A stretch of 64,000 nt of DNA from a virus. Its lineage: Duplodnaviria > Heunggongvirae > Uroviricota > Caudoviricetes. The translations under genes were made by a program, and so were the position numbers. The stretch covers positions 24,286 to 88,285 of IMG/VR virus record IMGVR_UViG_3300032167_000002, one strand, 5' to 3'. The notes beneath the pieces are model-generated. The model was not told the origin of the DNA. It was given only the letters and a program-made list of their open reading frames with translations, and made no database searches. Positions 62,201 to 64,000 of this stretch are shown piece after piece; the stretch's first letter is position 1; each line of letters begins with the position of its first letter.

Positions 62201-64000
62201 CATTTAACTGAAACTTTAGGTTTTTATTCTGATTTAAATATTTCAGACGGAGAAAAACCTGATTATAGTAGAAATGGTTATACTTGTTATTATAAAACAA
62301 TTGGTGTAGAAACAGTGCAAATTACAGATGACCCAGAAACAGAAGAGGTTGAATCTGGAGAAAAAGTTACTGCAAAAGCAAGTGATTTAACATTCACTTA
62401 TAAGATTAAAGATTATTATTTATCTACCTCAAGCCGCAATGAAATTTTCTGTAAGGTAGTAAAGGATGAATATACATTTGAGACAAGTATTGTTTTGGCA
62501 TTTACGTCTCTTGGAACCAGTGGTACTGATTATACATTGGCAATTACTCCTTCTACAACTCAAATTGCAACTTATGCTTCTGGATATTTGCCATTAAATA
62601 TTGTTTTATATGATTATAAAAATAATACTATTCCTATGACTACAAATTTATTATCGACAGTAAAAGATGGAGCATCTAACTTTAAGTTAGGTTGGGAAGG
62701 ACCACACTCCTATGATTTTGCTACATTATCTGATGCCGATGATAATATCGTTGGAGCGAATATTCAATTAACAACTTAGCCATAGGATAATAATAGTTTA
62801 ATTTATGGTGTTTTAAAAGCAACTGTTGATTGCCCTATCGAATACACTGTAAATACAGAAGAGGATGAACAAGAAAATAAGGAAAACGCTAATAAAACAG
62901 CAAGTAGAAATGCAACTTTAACTTCTTATTATCCAATTCCATACAGTGCTGGTAATTACTATATTGAAGGTGCAACAACTATTGTTTATGATAGTATGGG
63001 AAGTAATCCTTCTTATTATAAAGACCCATATAAGATTTTTACTTGTAATACAAATGAAAACCTTGCAGACAAGAAGATTATTCGTGCAGGTGTGGAATCT
63101 GATAAGCCAAAATATGATATCCTGTGGCGAATTGTTTATTATAAAAAAGATAAAGATGGTAAGGTTGTAAAACTAGATAAAAATATCCATGCTGATTATA
63201 ATATTTGTCGTAGTTATATGCCCACTTTAAATGAGAAAAATGGTTTAAATGCATCAAATATGTACATGGGCAATATGGATTGTTGGTGCGCAGTTGAGTG
63301 TTGGTTAAAAGACCTTGAAACTGCTACTTATGATACTAAATATTCTTTAATTTGGGTTCAACCTATTTTTATCTTACAAAATCGCTATCCGTCTCCAATG
63401 CTGAACTCTTGGGATGGAAGCTTGACAATTGACAAAAAAAATGGTACAATATTATCATCATTAGTAGGTGCTGGTCGAAAAACTCGTGATAATACTTTTG
63501 AAGGTGTACTCATGGGAGATATCGAAGGCAGTGCCGGAATCGTAAATGCTGGTAATAAATCTGGTTTAGGTATTTATGGTTTTAATGATGGCGCTCAAAG
63601 TTTTGGTTTTAATGTCGATGGTACAGGTTTTATTGGTAAATCTGGTAGAGGTAGAATTTTATTTAATGGTAATGAAGGTATTATTCAAAGCGCTTCTTAT
63701 ACAGCAAATGAAGATAAACCTTATGGTATGAAACTTGACTTTGATGATGGTTGGCTTGAAATGCGAGGCGGCCTAGAGTATGATAATGATGATTGGGCAA
63801 ATGAGGTTGTCAATCATTATAAGGAAATCCTTGCCGCAAAAGTATATAAAGTTGATGAAAATACTCAAGCATTAGTAGCAACTACAAAATATATTATTGA
63901 TAGAGATATAATGGATTTGGATGTTCAAGAAGCATTGCTTGAAAAGATTAAGTATGATGCTGCTCATCAAGCAAATATGTATATTGAGGGTCGAGCCATT
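59249..64000 (+). CDS. Large tail/baseplate protein, more than 1580 aa, runs off the window (in-frame TAGs)
   Basis: One frame from ATG 59249 joins the track fragments. Gly-rich beta-strand stretch near 63400-63780 resembles tail-tip proteins. Confidence 0.7.

Noticed and set aside
33000-64000. Fragmented structural genes read as pseudogenes or a decaying prophage
   Set aside because: Every break is TAG, never TAA, TGA or a frameshift, and frames stay continuous over 9 kb; recoding explains it.
1-64000. Amber suppressor tRNA or release factor supporting the recoding
   Set aside because: The only tRNA-like T-arm I found has a GTC anticodon; any such gene must lie outside the window or was missed by eye.

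Overview
A 64-kb piece of a large tailed phage, probably a long-tailed siphovirus of a Bacillota host (sigmaA-type promoters, strong SD sites, AbrB-like genes). It reads TAG as a sense codon, most likely Gln (genetic code 15), so the standard-code ORF track fragments the morphogenesis genes. Layout: (1) 0.2-11.4 kb, leftward small hypothetical genes, a circularly permuted tRNA-Asp-like gene and a formate/nitrite channel; (2) 11.7-12.6 kb, iteron-like repeats flanking an HTH gene (candidate origin); (3) 14.5-29.4 kb, an array of more than 30 leftward promoter-led cassettes with paralogous genes, apparently non-coding cassettes and about ten operator/GC-hairpin modules, ending in a compositionally odd tract that may be the genome end; (4) 29.5-32.8 kb, a leftward operon with an endonuclease, AbrB-like gene and folD; (5) 33-64 kb, a rightward head-tail module (terminase, portal, protease/scaffold, capsid, neck, tail tube, 3091-aa tape measure, a tail protein running off the window). 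All product calls come from motifs read by eye; no searches were run. Several starts were moved downstream of the ORF-track starts, to ATGs behind clear SD leaders.
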